IMG/VR virus record: IMGVR_UViG_3300027736_000034
Location: 23,101-87,100 of that record
Origin: a virus
Direction: 5' to 3' (one strand)
Length of the DNA stretch: 64,000 nucleotides
The stretch's first letter is position 1, and each line of letters begins with the position of its first letter. Positions 34,326 to 48,525 of this stretch are shown here, piece by piece. Both the position numbers and the translations under genes were made by a program. The notes under the pieces are model-generated. The model worked only from the letters and a program-made list of their open reading frames with translations, was not told the DNA's origin and did not search any database.

Positions 34326-34973
34326 TTATTGCCAAGCCCCGCCGGCAACTCTATACCACATCTTGTAGTTCACGGTATCTACTGCCACATCAATAATTTG
34401 ACCGTTGGTTTGAAATACCGCATATCCAGAATCTATTTCGGCGCTGTTGGTCCAGACACTGCCATCATCGTATATGCTAACGGCCTGATTGTCAACTCCT
34501 AAATATTTTCCAGAGCCTGTATAGTCAGTGGTGCTACTGCCTACACCAACTCCGTCATCGACTGCTAGGCCCGACCATGCGGTGTGAGTCACGCTGAACA
34601 TACGTTTGGTACCAGGTGCAATTGCATATGAGCCCAAGACAGCATTGTTGGCGTTAGTGAGAGCAATGGCAGTATCATTTGTATTGGTTGTGGTAGTCAC
34701 ACTGACATAAGTTGGATCAAACCCTGTCCAGTCCCAGTTGTTTAAAAAAGTAAATCCTGCAGGTGTACCATAGGTACTGGCTGGGTTGATTATAAACTCG
34801 GCATTATAAGTTCCATCGAATAAGCTAACAGCAGGATATAGATTTTGTGGCAACCCAGCAATTACTGCTAGACTGATACCACCTGTGTTTGTGGCCGGAT
34901 CAGGAGGTCCGCCGCCGGCGCCAAATACTATCCCGCCACCTATATCTATTCCTGGTCCTATTTCCATTGTCAT
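34326..34973 (-). CDS. Putative virion protein with SPRY-like C-terminus
   Basis: IGPGIDIGGG N-terminus; GQIIDVAVD....KMWYR..GG.W. Confidence 0.5.
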   Translation of the reverse strand: MTMEIGPGIDIGGGIVFGAGGGPPDPATNTGGISLAVIAGLPQNLYPAVSLFDGTYNAEFIINPASTYGTPAGFTFLNNWDWTGFDPTYVSVTTTTNTNDTAIALTNANNAVLGSYAIAPGTKRMFSVTHTAWSGLAVDDGVGVGSSTTDYTGSGKYLGVDNQAVSIYDDGSVWTNSAEIDSGYAVFQTNGQIIDVAVDTVNYKMWYRVAGGAWQ

Positions 34974-35005
34974 GATTTTTCCTTTATATCTATATATTTA
35001 TCTTA

Positions 35006-35851
35006 TTAAGGATTACTGATTGATTTTATAACCCAGAAATCACCACTCATTGTGTTGTTTTTTATTACTTGAAAGGGCATGTAGAAATAACCGTTGTCAC
35101 CCCAATCTGTTCCCCAACTGTTTCTAGCTATGAATGTATTGTCATTTTTATTATAACCAACTAATAATACAGCATGTCCGCCTAGTAATCTTTCTTTTTT
35201 AGTATCAGGATATGGCATAATACCTGTTTTTGCTACTGTTTTCGTATCAAAACTTGAATACACACTAAATCCAATTGTCACTGGATATCCACTAGTGATA
35301 GCATCTATTACTTGGTTAAAGTCTGCTGCACGTTGATATGATGTAACTTTTCTTTTTGCTGCATCAGTCAATGCTGTTTTTGATGGGGCAGTTCTAAACT
35401 TACTGATATTATATGGCCATAAGTTTTCCGTTGGGGCACCATATGTATAACATGCTTTGATACCATCACGTATATATGCACCACTATCATAATTCACTTT
35501 ACCAATGAACAATCTTTCATAGTAATAGATGAACAAGCGGCTTATATCAAGTGTCCTATTTTGTCTTTTGTGTAGTAACTCTATTGCACCTGCTATTGCG
35601 TTACCCGTACAACTGCCTAGATTACCTTGATTCTCAATTGTTGAACAGTATTGTCTTAAGTCTACAATGTTAGATTGTGTTGTGTTAGTTAATTGATACG
35701 GATGATCTCTACTATCTATTTTATCTCTGACCCAATGATATTTAGGGATACTAAATGATGGTATAACCTTAGTTACTTTCTGAACTATAAGTCTACGATG
35801 TAGTCCTGAATCCTGTTCAATATCAATTATTGTACTTGGGTCTTGTTTCAT
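35006..35851 (-). CDS. Papain-like C1A cysteine protease
   Basis: QGNLGSC, GGHAVLLVGY, RNSWG..WG..GY. Confidence 0.92.
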   Translation of the reverse strand: MKQDPSTIIDIEQDSGLHRRLIVQKVTKVIPSFSIPKYHWVRDKIDSRDHPYQLTNTTQSNIVDLRQYCSTIENQGNLGSCTGNAIAGAIELLHKRQNRTLDISRLFIYYYERLFIGKVNYDSGAYIRDGIKACYTYGAPTENLWPYNISKFRTAPSKTALTDAAKRKVTSYQRAADFNQVIDAITSGYPVTIGFSVYSSFDTKTVAKTGIMPYPDTKKERLLGGHAVLLVGYNKNDNTFIARNSWGTDWGDNGYFYMPFQVIKNNTMSGDFWVIKSISNP

Positions 35852-35852
35852 A

Positions 35853-38800
35853 TTATGCTATCTTAATTCCAAATACTGCCCAGTTGTAACCATCACTCCA
35901 CACATCCCAATATTGTGTAGTAGCCTGTGCTAGAACTACTGTGCTTGTGGTACTACCACTTGGGCCATAGAAAGCGCCAGCCGGAGTGCTTAGAGTAATA
36001 TTATCTGTGGTGTTCTGCCAGAATCTATAACCAATACCTGAATTAGCAGCTAATGTAGGATCAGGTAATGTAATTGTGTATGGGCCAGTTCCCGGCGAAA
36101 ACTCAATAAAGCCACTAGCATCTGCTACTGTCAATGTAGTGGTTGTAGTAAGCACTCTAGCACTCTTGCGAATACCACCAGTTGCCGTCAAGTTGCCACC
36201 AACAGTAACATTACCAGACATATTTAATCCAACGCCTGCAATATTGCCACTAGCACTAATATTATTACCTGCAATATTACCACTACTTGGTTCAACAGTA
36301 GCATAGTTTACATATTTTAGATTACCATCATATGTCATTATACTCATAGCACCGTTAGAGGTGATATCTTGTGCTACAGTCGGAGCCGGTAAACTAGTTA
36401 ACCCACTACCGTTACCTAAAATATATGCTCCAGTAATATTACCAGCAACACTTAATGTATTGCCATATGTAACTTCTTTGCTAGTGGCATTATAGAACAT
36501 AACTTCAGCAATATTTGAAGTATCATTACGAACTGGTGATACTGTGAATGTATTTGCTGTAGTTTGATTTAAGTTTGCGCCAGTTGCATTCAATATGATT
36601 GAGTTGTTACCTTGTGAAGTGCGACCAGCATACTCACCAATGGCCACAGCATTGACACCTTGATCAGTTTGACCAGCATACTCACCAATGGCCACAGCCG
36701 AGTTGCCTTGTGAGGTTTCGCCAGCACCGGCGCCAATGGCCACTGCGAAGTTGCCTTGAGTATTGCCACCAGCATAGTTACCAACGGCCACTGCACCACT
36801 ACCTTGAGTGGTTAGACCAGCACTTTCACCAACAGCCACTGCGTCGCCTCCTTGGTCTGTAGCACCAGCATCGGTGCCAATGGCTGTGGCGTCGATACCT
36901 TGACCTGTTGCTCCAGCACCTTTGCCAACGGCCACTCCCCCGTAGCCTTGATTATTTGAGCCAGCATCGGCTCCAACGGCCACAGAATATGCACCTTGTG
37001 AGGTCAGTCCAGCATTGGCGCCAATGGCTATTTCTGTTGGGCCATTAACATTGTTGATATTACCAATGTTGGCCCAGTCAGTGTTACCACCACCACCATA
37101 TGGACTACCGTTAGCATAGTTAATACTTGAGTAATTATTTGGTAATGTTATGTTACCGTCAACGCCGAATGTCCAATCAGTCGGAGCAGTATTATTATTA
37201 CCGGCATTGGCAGCAGTATTATATTTGGTTATTACAAATGTTGCCCCACCATTACCAGCAGTCATAGTCAATACATCACCTTCGGAATAACCTGTGCCCG
37301 GATCAGTTACACCAACGTTAACAACCTGACCACTTAAACCATAACCGTAACCTACTATCATACCTGTACCTGTGCCTCCGGAAATAGCAGAAGAACTTCC
37401 GCCACCACCGTAACCACTGCCACCAGTTAGTAATGTACAGATATTATATTGACCTGTTACTCGTAGTGTCAAGTCGTTTACATTCGGTGCAATGATAGTA
37501 GCACTGTTAGGTAGTGTTAAGTTACCATTTACACCAAAGGCCCATGTATTAGCATTGGCTGTGATATTAACACTAGTATTACTAGTTTCACTTATTTGAC
37601 TACCTTGAGGCAATGTCAATGCACCACTAGCATTAAAATCCCATAGACTAGGACCACTGTTACCACCATTTTGTCCTACTGCTATTCTAACAATACCTGA
37701 CCCTGGAGTAGGATTAGCATATACTGCCGCTATATTACTAGTGCCTATATTGCCTATATCTTCTACCCAAAGACTTGATGCACCACCGTTATTACCACTT
37801 GATATTGATAGTAATGGTAAATCAGGATTTGATTCTAATAATGCAACATTTGATCCAAACACATTTGTAAGACCATTGATTACTAGATTACCCGGCAATG
37901 TTAGATTACCATCTATGCCAAATTTCCACTCATTATCGGTTGATGTGCTGGCATTCTCATGCTGTACCGTAAATCCGGCGTTGCCGACATATGCCCAAGT
38001 ATAATAATCACCACCAGTGTCGGGATTACCATTTCCTATGTTGCCATTCCAATATAATTGTGCATATTTGCCGCTTCCATCAACATTCAAACTTGCGGTG
38101 TCACCAAAGTCTGAAATAGTGGCATCATTTGGTAATGTTAAGTTACCATCAGTACTGAATTTCCATTGTGCTGTATTACCAGCATCGTCATTGCTATTGA
38201 TAACAATATTACCTGTGTTTGCTAACTTAACATATAAGTTATCGCTACCCAAGAACAACTCTGTTTCATACAAGTTGCCACTAGTCATATGAATGTGGTC
38301 ACCGTCACCCGCTGTAGGATAAACTAACAACTTCTGATTAGTAGTAATTCCTGAACCGGCTGGTTGAAGAGTAATAGTATTACCCGGTGCACCACTTGGT
38401 GTAGAACCTACACTGTAGATAGAACCACCTGATGGTAATGATAAGTTACCAGTTGTATCAAATGTCCATGTTGGAGTAGTATTGCCACTGTCAGTTATTA
38501 TAGTCACATTGCCATGTGCAAATAAATTTGCAATAGAATCACCATTAATACTTAATCCTGTGATATTTCCAGTCGAGTTTGCTACAAGATTTATTTCTGC
38601 ATTAGCAGTAATAGTAGTAGTATCAGGTAATGTTAGATTACCGGTTGTATCAAATTGCCAATCATAAGTAGTACCATCAGCACTTATTGATTCCAATACA
38701 ATACCACCACCTATGCCACCTATCAATCCTGGGCCACTAGTAGTAAATGTTGAACCAACATTAGTAATTGTTGTGTTGTATGAACTACTATCATTAAATG

Positions 38801-40085
38801 CTGTGCCACTACTTAACATACCCATTAGTAATACTACACTTGCAGTAGTTGGGATAGCAGCAATATTAGTACCAGCCGGTTGTGTAACTGTTAATACACT
38901 AGTAGGAACTGTAAAGTTGCCGGTGTATACTGCTATACCACTAGTGATTCTTATATCAGATAACTTGCCAGGGAAATATTGAAAATCACTACCCGGGAAT
39001 CTACCTATAGTAATAGCATTGCTACTTCCATAATTAGCGGGTCCACCGTAGCCACTATCACGAGTTTGTCTTACCCCGTTGTAATATACATATAAATATG
39101 TATCAGCGGAATTGTTATTGACAATCGCTACATGAGTCCATACACCTGGTGTAGGCTCTGTATAAAATACTGCATTATTTTGAGTACATAAAATACCAAG
39201 TAATCCATCAGATACATTTATATCTATATAAGAAAGTACTCCTGTGTCTTGCTCTTGTGTTATTATTCGTTGAAGAAATCCTGTAGAAGGTGCATCAGCA
39301 TTAATCCAAAATTCTATAGTCCATGTTGTACCTAAAATCCATTGGCTGCTTGATGGTAATGTTAGATAATTACTACTACCATTTAATGATAACGCACCTG
39401 AAGTTGTAGTAGATTCAGATACTGCTACTTTAGCATTGTATGGTAATGTTAGATTACCATCACTGCCAAAGTTCCATGTATTGGTATTGACACCAATTTG
39501 TAGATTGCTATTTGCTGAAGCAATATTAGCATAGCTTGTGCCGTTGTAAATCTTGTTAGCAGTACCTGTGCCTGAACCAGTTGCTCCAGTATTACCAGTT
39601 GGACCCGTTGCTCCAGTAGCGCCATCTGCTCCGTTAGCACCACTTGCACCTGTAGCGCCATCTGCTCCGTTAGCACCACTTGCACCTGTAGCGCCATCTG
39701 CTCCGTTAGCACCACTTGCACCTGTAGCGCCATCTGCTCCGTTAGCACCACTTGCACCTGTTGCTCCGTCTGCGCCATTGGCACCACTTGCACCTGTTGC
39801 ACCATCTGCTCCGTTAGCACCACTTGCACCTGTAGCGCCATCTGCTCCATTAGCACCACTTGCACCTGTTGCGCCATCTGCTCCATTAGCACCACTTGCA
39901 CCTGTTGCGCCATCTGCTCCATTAGCACCACTTGCACCTGTTGCGCCATCTGCTCCGTTGGCACCACTTGCACCGGTTGCGCCATCTGCACCTGATGCAC
40001 CTTGTGCCCCAGTTGCACCCTCTGCGCCAACAATAGCAACTTGCCATGATGATGTTCCTGTGTCCCAATATTTTAATACTGACAT
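35853..40085 (-). CDS. Tail-fibre-like protein: collagen repeats, LamG domain, YadA-head-like repeats
   Basis: ([12 protein letters not shown])n; WTIEFW/WTHVAIV; repeated W.F...GNLTLP; AVAIG..AG...QG repeats. Confidence 0.8.
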   Translation of the reverse strand: MSVLKYWDTGTSSWQVAIVGAEGATGAQGASGADGATGASGANGADGATGASGANGADGATGASGANGADGATGASGANGADGATGASGANGADGATGASGANGADGATGASGANGADGATGASGANGADGATGASGANGADGATGASGANGADGATGATGPTGNTGATGSGTGTANKIYNGTSYANIASANSNLQIGVNTNTWNFGSDGNLTLPYNAKVAVSESTTTSGALSLNGSSNYLTLPSSSQWILGTTWTIEFWINADAPSTGFLQRIITQEQDTGVLSYIDINVSDGLLGILCTQNNAVFYTEPTPGVWTHVAIVNNNSADTYLYVYYNGVRQTRDSGYGGPANYGSSNAITIGRFPGSDFQYFPGKLSDIRITSGIAVYTGNFTVPTSVLTVTQPAGTNIAAIPTTASVVLLMGMLSSGTAFNDSSSYNTTITNVGSTFTTSGPGLIGGIGGGIVLESISADGTTYDWQFDTTGNLTLPDTTTITANAEINLVANSTGNITGLSINGDSIANLFAHGNVTIITDSGNTTPTWTFDTTGNLSLPSGGSIYSVGSTPSGAPGNTITLQPAGSGITTNQKLLVYPTAGDGDHIHMTSGNLYETELFLGSDNLYVKLANTGNIVINSNDDAGNTAQWKFSTDGNLTLPNDATISDFGDTASLNVDGSGKYAQLYWNGNIGNGNPDTGGDYYTWAYVGNAGFTVQHENASTSTDNEWKFGIDGNLTLPGNLVINGLTNVFGSNVALLESNPDLPLLSISSGNNGGASSLWVEDIGNIGTSNIAAVYANPTPGSGIVRIAVGQNGGNSGPSLWDFNASGALTLPQGSQISETSNTSVNITANANTWAFGVNGNLTLPNSATIIAPNVNDLTLRVTGQYNICTLLTGGSGYGGGGSSSAISGGTGTGMIVGYGYGLSGQVVNVGVTDPGTGYSEGDVLTMTAGNGGATFVITKYNTAANAGNNNTAPTDWTFGVDGNITLPNNYSSINYANGSPYGGGGNTDWANIGNINNVNGPTEIAIGANAGLTSQGAYSVAVGADAGSNNQGYGGVAVGKGAGATGQGIDATAIGTDAGATDQGGDAVAVGESAGLTTQGSGAVAVGNYAGGNTQGNFAVAIGAGAGETSQGNSAVAIGEYAGQTDQGVNAVAIGEYAGRTSQGNNSIILNATGANLNQTTANTFTVSPVRNDTSNIAEVMFYNATSKEVTYGNTLSVAGNITGAYILGNGSGLTSLPAPTVAQDITSNGAMSIMTYDGNLKYVNYATVEPSSGNIAGNNISASGNIAGVGLNMSGNVTVGGNLTATGGIRKSARVLTTTTTLTVADASGFIEFSPGTGPYTITLPDPTLAANSGIGYRFWQNTTDNITLSTPAGAFYGPSGSTTSTVVLAQATTQYWDVWSDGYNWAVFGIKIA
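39621..39980 (-). repeat. ~10 tandem 36-bp collagen-coding units
   Basis: GCCATCTGCTCCGTTAGCACCACTTGCACCTGTAGC repeated with few changes. Confidence 0.9.
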
Positions 40086-40109
40086 TCTATAATCCTATCT
40101 ATTTAACTG

Positions 40110-42170
<2,061 letters not shown>

Positions 42171-42192
42171 TTACTATTCCTTATTATTATTT

Positions 42193-43269
42193 TTATCCGA
42201 ATGTTACCCCATTTTGACCTATGCAAAACCATTTACTATTAATATATTGTAATGTACATCCGTCACCAATGTCGTTAAATGTTATTGTTCCTGTGCCTGA
42301 TGCTTTCCAGCCTGCATTACTTACTGTGATAACCATATCTCCACCGTCTGCTACCATCATAAAAGTTTTGATTAGTCCCGCAGTACCTGCTGCTAATGTT
42401 GCAGTACTTGATGCTACTGTAGTAAAATAACTTGCTGTTACACTTAAGTTAGCTGCTCCGCCAGATGCTAGATTTTCGCTACTACTGCCGATTGGCGATT
42501 CAATATTGATAGTTCCAGTGGTTGTTATTGTAGGATTTGTAACAGTTAATGTATTACTAGATACTCCAACACTAGTTACTGTTCCGCCTGTGGTAGTAGA
42601 ACTGATAGTGATATTGCCAGTGCTCCCGCTTAAACTGATGCCAGTACCTGCACTTAATCTAGTAACACCGGTATTAGTTATAGTTATATTACCTGCACTA
42701 GTTATTGGTCCACCGGATATTAACAATCCTGTGCCAGATGCAACTAACCCTACACTAGTAACTGTACCCACTGATGCAGCATTTGATATAGTGACTACAC
42801 GACCATACTGGTCAACTTGCATGGTTGGATAAGTGTAATTTCCCGGCGTGACTCCGGTATTAGCTAATGTAATTGCAATATTACCGGCACTAGTTATTGG
42901 ACTATTAGTAACTAAAATTACATTAGAATTTGCAGTTACCCCAATGCTTGTTACTGTTCCTCCGGCACCACTTCCACCGCCGGTTGAATTGATTGTTACA
43001 TTACCATTTGCGTCTTTGTCACTGACTGTAATATTAGTTCCTGCAACAATATTAACTACCCCGGCATTGTCAAAACTTACAATATTTGTTGTTGAATTAG
43101 CATTTGCTGTTGTTCCTAACCCGTTAACAAATGTAATTGTTGGACTAGCACAAGCAAATAAATTAGCAAAGTTGTTTGCTGTTTTGTTAAATGCGGTGAA
43201 TAATGAATCACTGTTAGCTGATCCGTTAGGTAGTCCAATTCTTATAACCTGTTGTCCTGAAATTGCCAT
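42193..43269 (-). CDS. Virion fibre/baseplate-associated protein
   Basis: DSLFTAFNK..NF N-terminus; GTVTSV repeats. Confidence 0.65.
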   Translation of the reverse strand: MAISGQQVIRIGLPNGSANSDSLFTAFNKTANNFANLFACASPTITFVNGLGTTANANSTTNIVSFDNAGVVNIVAGTNITVSDKDANGNVTINSTGGGSGAGGTVTSIGVTANSNVILVTNSPITSAGNIAITLANTGVTPGNYTYPTMQVDQYGRVVTISNAASVGTVTSVGLVASGTGLLISGGPITSAGNITITNTGVTRLSAGTGISLSGSTGNITISSTTTGGTVTSVGVSSNTLTVTNPTITTTGTINIESPIGSSSENLASGGAANLSVTASYFTTVASSTATLAAGTAGLIKTFMMVADGGDMVITVSNAGWKASGTGTITFNDIGDGCTLQYINSKWFCIGQNGVTFG

Positions 43270-43315
43270 GATTTAATCCTTATTATGTATTTATCAATAA
43301 GGACTAAATCGTCAT

Positions 43316-43642
43316 TTACCCTGGACTAAAGCTACTCCCGCACCCGCAAGTTGTCTGGGCATTAGGGTTTTTTATCACAAATTGACTGCCAGATAAGTCA
43401 TCTTTGTAGTCAATTACCGCACCAGATACGTATTGCATTGACATTGCATCAACTAATACACTAGATGATTCCAATGTAATCTCAAAATCATCCTCATTTT
43501 GTTCTTCATCTAATGTGAATCCATAACTCATTCCTGAACATCCGCCACCTTGTACATACATACGTAGTCTGATTGCGGGGTTGTTTTCCTCTAGTAAAAT
43601 GTCTGTTATCTTTGCTTGCGCTGCTTCTGTTACTGTTAACAT
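43316..43642 (-). CDS. erpA: A-type Fe-S carrier (ErpA/IscA/HesB)
   Basis: [17 protein letters not shown]...[13 protein letters not shown]. Confidence 0.9.
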   Translation of the reverse strand: MLTVTEAAQAKITDILLEENNPAIRLRMYVQGGGCSGMSYGFTLDEEQNEDDFEITLESSSVLVDAMSMQYVSGAVIDYKDDLSGSQFVIKNPNAQTTCGCGSSFSPG

Positions 43643-44691
43643 TATGATGTTCCTTCGCTAAACCACGGGTCAATAATTACTGGTTGTCCGTTACTTCTTT
43701 GCATGACATTTGCCGTATGCAAATCCCATCCAAATTTGTTAATTGTTCCTGTGTTATATAATAACTTCATTACATTATATAGCTGTCTGTACATGGAGTA
43801 TGATTTTTTATCATACATTAAATCTTGCCATTGTCTAATATAAATATTAGCAATAGACTTTGAACTCTTAGCATACGGATACCATTCCCATGTATCTGAT
43901 AATCCCATGGCATGGTCTACTTTATCCCATGACTCCTGCGCCTGACAAAAATCGCTGAAGAACCAGATAACACCTTCCATAAAAGTGCCTTTTTCTATGG
44001 GATTTAATCTTTCCATCTCAATCTGTGTATAATCTTTGCCGTTGATATCAACTGTGTTTACTTCATTAAATCTTGGCATGCAAGCTAAGTCTTGATGTGA
44101 CATAGCAAATTCATAAAACTTACGAAATACTTGTTCTGCTTTAGTGCCCAAATCTTCTGGCATCAATATCTTAATGATATGACTATCATCCTTGGCCCAT
44201 ACAGTAGAATCAGCACCGGTGCCTATGTTTGAGTATCCTGCTGCTTTTAATTGATTAGTAATTGCTTTAGCATTTGTTGTGCCTACTTCTGCTTCATCAA
44301 TTGGTTCTTCATCTAATTCTGCTAAATCAACATAATTGATTGGTACACCCTTAATCGCTGCTGCTAACGCACGATGATTTCCGTCAATGATTTTGTTATT
44401 AGCAACAACTATTGTTTTACTTGATAGTGCTGGATCATTAACATATGATTGAACAATTTCTTGCTGGTCATCATCAAGCATATCAGTTATGTCATCAATG
44501 TGTTCCGCACGATATTGACTGAGTAACATAATCAATATTTTGTGCTTCTGCATTGTTTCAACTGTCAATGCTTGCCCAAGTTCACGCGGAGTAACATAGT
44601 CCCAAAATTCTTCATCACGGTCAGGGAAATGTCCACCGTACATGTTATTCAATGTAGTCTTACTCTCGTTGATGAATTCTTTTGCTCTCAT
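43642..44691 (-). CDS. ParB-like domain plus kinase-like domain; putative internal head protein
   Basis: IIDGNHRA; IG.G....V...K...DLH..NVM...IIDP; [10 protein letters not shown]-terminus. Confidence 0.6.
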   Translation of the reverse strand: MRAKEFINESKTTLNNMYGGHFPDRDEEFWDYVTPRELGQALTVETMQKHKILIMLLSQYRAEHIDDITDMLDDDQQEIVQSYVNDPALSSKTIVVANNKIIDGNHRALAAAIKGVPINYVDLAELDEEPIDEAEVGTTNAKAITNQLKAAGYSNIGTGADSTVWAKDDSHIIKILMPEDLGTKAEQVFRKFYEFAMSHQDLACMPRFNEVNTVDINGKDYTQIEMERLNPIEKGTFMEGVIWFFSDFCQAQESWDKVDHAMGLSDTWEWYPYAKSSKSIANIYIRQWQDLMYDKKSYSMYRQLYNVMKLLYNTGTINKFGWDLHTANVMQRSNGQPVIIDPWFSEGTS

Positions 44692-45560
44692 TACATTACA
44701 AAAATTTGCCCCACTGAACTTGATAATACATCATCAAACATATAGTGCATGTCATTTGCTAGTGTTTGCGTAGCCTCTGCTCTTTCGCTTTCATCACTAT
44801 ATTCAGGTTTGATGTTCATATACTTACTAGGATTGCCCCAGTTTTTACGACCGTACCCTAAGTTGCTTGGCAATGGATTGAATGAAACCTCACCAGTACC
44901 TAAATATTGAGCAAATATTTCATACATAAATTCATATGGACGTTTAATTTCTCCACTGCGACTACTACGCTGTGTACCAATCGCATTAAACAATGCGTTG
45001 TATTCTGGTGTTAGATTTGATGAGATACCACTTCGTGCTGGTCTACCATATTGATCTTTGGCTGCTTTTCCATAATATTCTTCAAACATAGTGTGGACTG
45101 TATTAAAAAAATGTTTTTCTGCTTCTCCCCATGTACTCCAGCCACCTGACTTACGCATACCAGACTGAATAGCATGTCCAAATCTATGAGCCATTATCCA
45201 AGGTGTCATCATTACTTTGCTATCACCACTGTTGCCAACAAAGACTACTGTGATAGCATCTTCACTACCTTCGATGATTGGTTGTGCTTGTTCTCCAAAC
45301 ATCTTTTCTAGTTGTTGAGCATTTACAGGACCAGTCTCACTATACTTACCTGTGCCGGGAATATTACTAAAGAACAATCTAAAATCATAGGGAGTTTTCT
45401 CAAAGAACTTTTGTGTTTTAAGTTGATTAGTAGGATGAGGTACTAATCGCTTGTCAACTCCCTTGAATGGTCCAGGCTTATCAAAGTCACCCATTGGGGT
45501 GAATTGTTTAAGTGCCATTTCATCAACGGTATTCTCAACTATAAATTCAATTGCTCTCAT
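44691..45560 (-). CDS. Putative internal head protein
   Basis: MRAIEFIVE N-terminus; HRFGH motif. Confidence 0.55.
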   Translation of the reverse strand: MRAIEFIVENTVDEMALKQFTPMGDFDKPGPFKGVDKRLVPHPTNQLKTQKFFEKTPYDFRLFFSNIPGTGKYSETGPVNAQQLEKMFGEQAQPIIEGSEDAITVVFVGNSGDSKVMMTPWIMAHRFGHAIQSGMRKSGGWSTWGEAEKHFFNTVHTMFEEYYGKAAKDQYGRPARSGISSNLTPEYNALFNAIGTQRSSRSGEIKRPYEFMYEIFAQYLGTGEVSFNPLPSNLGYGRKNWGNPSKYMNIKPEYSDESERAEATQTLANDMHYMFDDVLSSSVGQIFVM

Positions 45561-46351
45561 TAGTTTTGCCCAACTACTGAATATTGACCTGCTGGGGCAG
45601 GGGCAAACTCACCATGTGTATCTTTTGCTAGGTCCCAGTGTCTACCTCTGTCAAGCCCCCAACGTTCGCCCAATCTCGCTGAGTTTTGTTCTATCCATTC
45701 ACGGGCAAACTGTAGTGCTTTATCTTGTGACGGTGCATCTAATCTATGAAATACTTTACCTCTATATTTGTTCAGGCCATAAATTACATACTGGCCTTTT
45801 ACTTCTGGTGGTTTTATATTATCAGCACCTTCTGTTCTTTGTAACATCACCATCTCATCAGCAAACCCAGCAAGTCTAGGTCCAATTTGATTAGTAAGTT
45901 CCTTGTCAGTTGCTATAAGTTTATTGTAATCATCCAAACTTTGTACAATAGTTTGATATCCCGGAAATACTTGTCTACGCACCATTGCTTTGTACATGCT
46001 TAACTTTTTAGGATCCTCTGTTTCAAACACAATGTATTTGGGCTTGTATATTCTACAATATCTATTAACTGCTTTTACCACTGCACCTAAAATTTTGAAT
46101 TGATCACCTAATCCCGATGTATCAGTACTGCCTTCAATATTAAACTCTACAAAGATTAAATCTACATTGGCATCTTTGATTTGTTTGATTACTACTTCAC
46201 CTTGACGTCCATATTCATTTTTATCATCAGGATCGGTAACAAAGACGTATTTAAGCTGTCCGTTCTGTACTGTATCACCATATGGCACTGAATTTATTTC
46301 ATATCCGCTGTGGCTTTGAAATAATTCAGTTAAAAATTCTTTTGCTCTCAT
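45560..46351 (-). CDS. Putative internal head protein
   Basis: MRAKEFLTE N-terminus. Confidence 0.55.
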   Translation of the reverse strand: MRAKEFLTELFQSHSGYEINSVPYGDTVQNGQLKYVFVTDPDDKNEYGRQGEVVIKQIKDANVDLIFVEFNIEGSTDTSGLGDQFKILGAVVKAVNRYCRIYKPKYIVFETEDPKKLSMYKAMVRRQVFPGYQTIVQSLDDYNKLIATDKELTNQIGPRLAGFADEMVMLQRTEGADNIKPPEVKGQYVIYGLNKYRGKVFHRLDAPSQDKALQFAREWIEQNSARLGERWGLDRGRHWDLAKDTHGEFAPAPAGQYSVVGQN

Positions 46352-46360
46352 GGTAATACC

Positions 46361-47242
46361 TTAGATAGTACCCTCAGCATCTACTTGAATGTTGTAAACT
46401 TTAAAGTATGATGATGTGCCAGTGGTACATAGATTACCATACGGACAAGTCCAATTATAGAAACCTTGCGGTGCTCCCGGTGACCATGAGAAACTTTGCC
46501 ACATGCTAAGATTCAACCAATATCCCTGCGCTCTGCTTTGTTGCCAGCGTTGTAATTGCTCAGTAGTAAATGTTGTTGAACCTGAATATCCAGAACCCAT
46601 CTTGTAAACAACAGTTTTGATTGTGCCCTGTGAGAATGTTACAGTCATCCCATTTGCATCCATATCAATAATGATATCAACTGGTTTAGATTTATCAATA
46701 CCATTCCATGATACTAATCCTGTTGTTGGAGTTAGATTTACAAAGCATTGGTCATCAGTTGTTGAATAACTAAACTGAAAGTTTTGCGGAGCACTACTGC
46801 TACCATCACCAATATGCATTGTATGTTGGAATACTACATTCTTATTGCCTTCAAAGAAATCAATTTCTTGGCAATTCCAGCTTGCGTTGTTCCCACCAGC
46901 ATCACAATAGTTTGAGCCCTTTGGTTGTAATCCAGGATTATTAGGATTGTTTATCATATAGAATGTGTTAGTAACAAAGTTGCTTGTTAACTTACTGAAG
47001 TCTGCCGTAGCACGAATCTGCGTAATGTTCTTGTATCCTTGTGTAGATACAACTCTGCCGCCACAACTTGTGGTGTCATTACCAAATGTAACACCATTGC
47101 CACTGATGATAGGTGCCGTGGTACAAGTTTTGTCATCATTATCAAACCCCGGGGTAAATGTTGATGATCCTAGTGTAGCTTGTTTGCTGCATCCGCCTAA
47201 TAATAATAGTGCTATAAATCCTGCTGTAAGTAGTTTTTTCAT
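46361..47242 (-). CDS. Lipoprotein with GH7/GH16-like glycoside hydrolase motifs
   Basis: Lipobox LLGGC; YCDAG, CQEIDFFEGN (ExDxxE), LSMW. Confidence 0.6.
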   Translation of the reverse strand: MKKLLTAGFIALLLLGGCSKQATLGSSTFTPGFDNDDKTCTTAPIISGNGVTFGNDTTSCGGRVVSTQGYKNITQIRATADFSKLTSNFVTNTFYMINNPNNPGLQPKGSNYCDAGGNNASWNCQEIDFFEGNKNVVFQHTMHIGDGSSSAPQNFQFSYSTTDDQCFVNLTPTTGLVSWNGIDKSKPVDIIIDMDANGMTVTFSQGTIKTVVYKMGSGYSGSTTFTTEQLQRWQQSRAQGYWLNLSMWQSFSWSPGAPQGFYNWTCPYGNLCTTGTSSYFKVYNIQVDAEGTI

Positions 47243-47253
47243 GTTTTCCTCTT

Positions 47254-47808
47254 TTATAAACTCTTTCCCCACCTAGTATTGATCACATTCCAATTAATGA
47301 TCTTCCACTGTTCTTTGATGTATTTCTTTTTATCACTGCCGTAATCTAATAAAAACGCATGTTCCCACCAGTCAATCAATAACAATATGTCATTGCGTAC
47401 TTGATGATTATGTATTATCTTTATCTTCCCGTCCGTTGCTAAGTAAATCCAACCACTACCTTGTATTGTCATGGCTTCAGTCTCAAACTCAGACTTCATG
47501 TTGTCATAGTCACCGTAATGTTTATTGATGAATCCATACATAGGGCCGTTGGGCTTGTTGTTGTTTCTTACTTCACGGAACTGCGGGAATAATGTGTTAT
47601 GCAGGAAAGCGCCTGCATAGTTGAAATCTCTGTCACCCTCTTTATTGTTATAGCGTTCAGCGTAACCGTGGGCCAATTTCCCGTAATGTAAATCCAGTGT
47701 ATCTTTGGATAATACGGGGCTAACCTCATTTGGGGTGAAGTTTAGGGGTATAATTTCTATGTCTTGAGGCTTACTCTTTTCCTCAAGCAATGTAATAATG
47801 TCACGCAT
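47254..47808 (-). CDS. Fe/Mn superoxide dismutase
   Basis: LHYGK.AHGY, HNTLF, GSGW, DWWEHAF.LDY, INW. Confidence 0.88.
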   Translation of the reverse strand: MRDIITLLEEKSKPQDIEIIPLNFTPNEVSPVLSKDTLDLHYGKLAHGYAERYNNKEGDRDFNYAGAFLHNTLFPQFREVRNNNKPNGPMYGFINKHYGDYDNMKSEFETEAMTIQGSGWIYLATDGKIKIIHNHQVRNDILLLIDWWEHAFLLDYGSDKKKYIKEQWKIINWNVINTRWGKSL

Positions 47809-47829
47809 AATATGTATTTATGCGTAAAC

Positions 47830-48045
47830 TTATCTGCGCCGAGTAATGCGTCCTTTAGTCAAATCATATGGAGAAAACTCTACTTCTACTGTATCGCCAA
47901 GCAATATTTTAATGTCGTTCTTACGCATACGACCACTGATGTATCCAGTAATTATACTAGTTGTATTCATCTGTACTTTAAAAACGGCATTGGGTAATAC
48001 ATCAATTACCTTACCGTCCATCTTAATTCCCTCTTCTTTTGCCAT
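47830..48045 (-). CDS. infA: Translation initiation factor IF-1
   Basis: MAKEE.I...G.V..VLPNA.F.V...ISGRMR...I.IL.GD.V.VE.SPYDLTKGRI..R. Confidence 0.95.
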   Translation of the reverse strand: MAKEEGIKMDGKVIDVLPNAVFKVQMNTTSIITGYISGRMRKNDIKILLGDTVEVEFSPYDLTKGRITRRR

Positions 48046-48068
48046 TTTAGTTTATTAAACTCCTTTAA

Positions 48069-48464
48069 TTATCTACGCATTCTGGCTATTTCAATAATAT
48101 GCTCATTATTAAAAACCGGCACTGCATTAGATTTAGCCATTTGCGAAATACCTTTTATTTTTGTTCCTGTATATACTGGGTTGGGTTTGCTTGATACAGG
48201 ACCAGAATGACCAGTATCTAAACTCTTAATGTGATGTGTATTTGTACGACCAATCGGCGTACTAAGCGAATAGACCAATGGCTCTGCGTCCATTAATCGT
48301 TTGCGTTTCTTTTGTTCCTGTTCAACGCCCCACTTTTTCTGTAGGTCGTGCCAATCTGATTCTAGTTCCCGATGTTTACGGGCTTCTTCAGCATTGCGAA
48401 ACTTAATTTTGCCTTTGCGTTTGCCGGTCATTGTTAGAGCCGGCCCTACAAGATGCATGGTCAT
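48069..48464 (-). CDS. Hypothetical phage protein
   Basis: VYTG...KGI..MAKSNAVPVF; sigma70 promoter on the minus strand near 48494-48522. Confidence 0.7.
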   Translation of the reverse strand: MTMHLVGPALTMTGKRKGKIKFRNAEEARKHRELESDWHDLQKKWGVEQEQKKRKRLMDAEPLVYSLSTPIGRTNTHHIKSLDTGHSGPVSSKPNPVYTGTKIKGISQMAKSNAVPVFNNEHIIEIARMRR

Positions 48465-48525
48465 ATAGATAGAAACATAGTTAATATGACCATATTATAG
48501 CAGAGAAACCATTTATTGTCAACCG

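Noticed and set aside
39621-39980. Non-coding satellite or diversity-generating repeat
   Set aside because: It is an in-frame 36-bp collagen-coding repeat; no reverse transcriptase or adenine-specific variation is seen.
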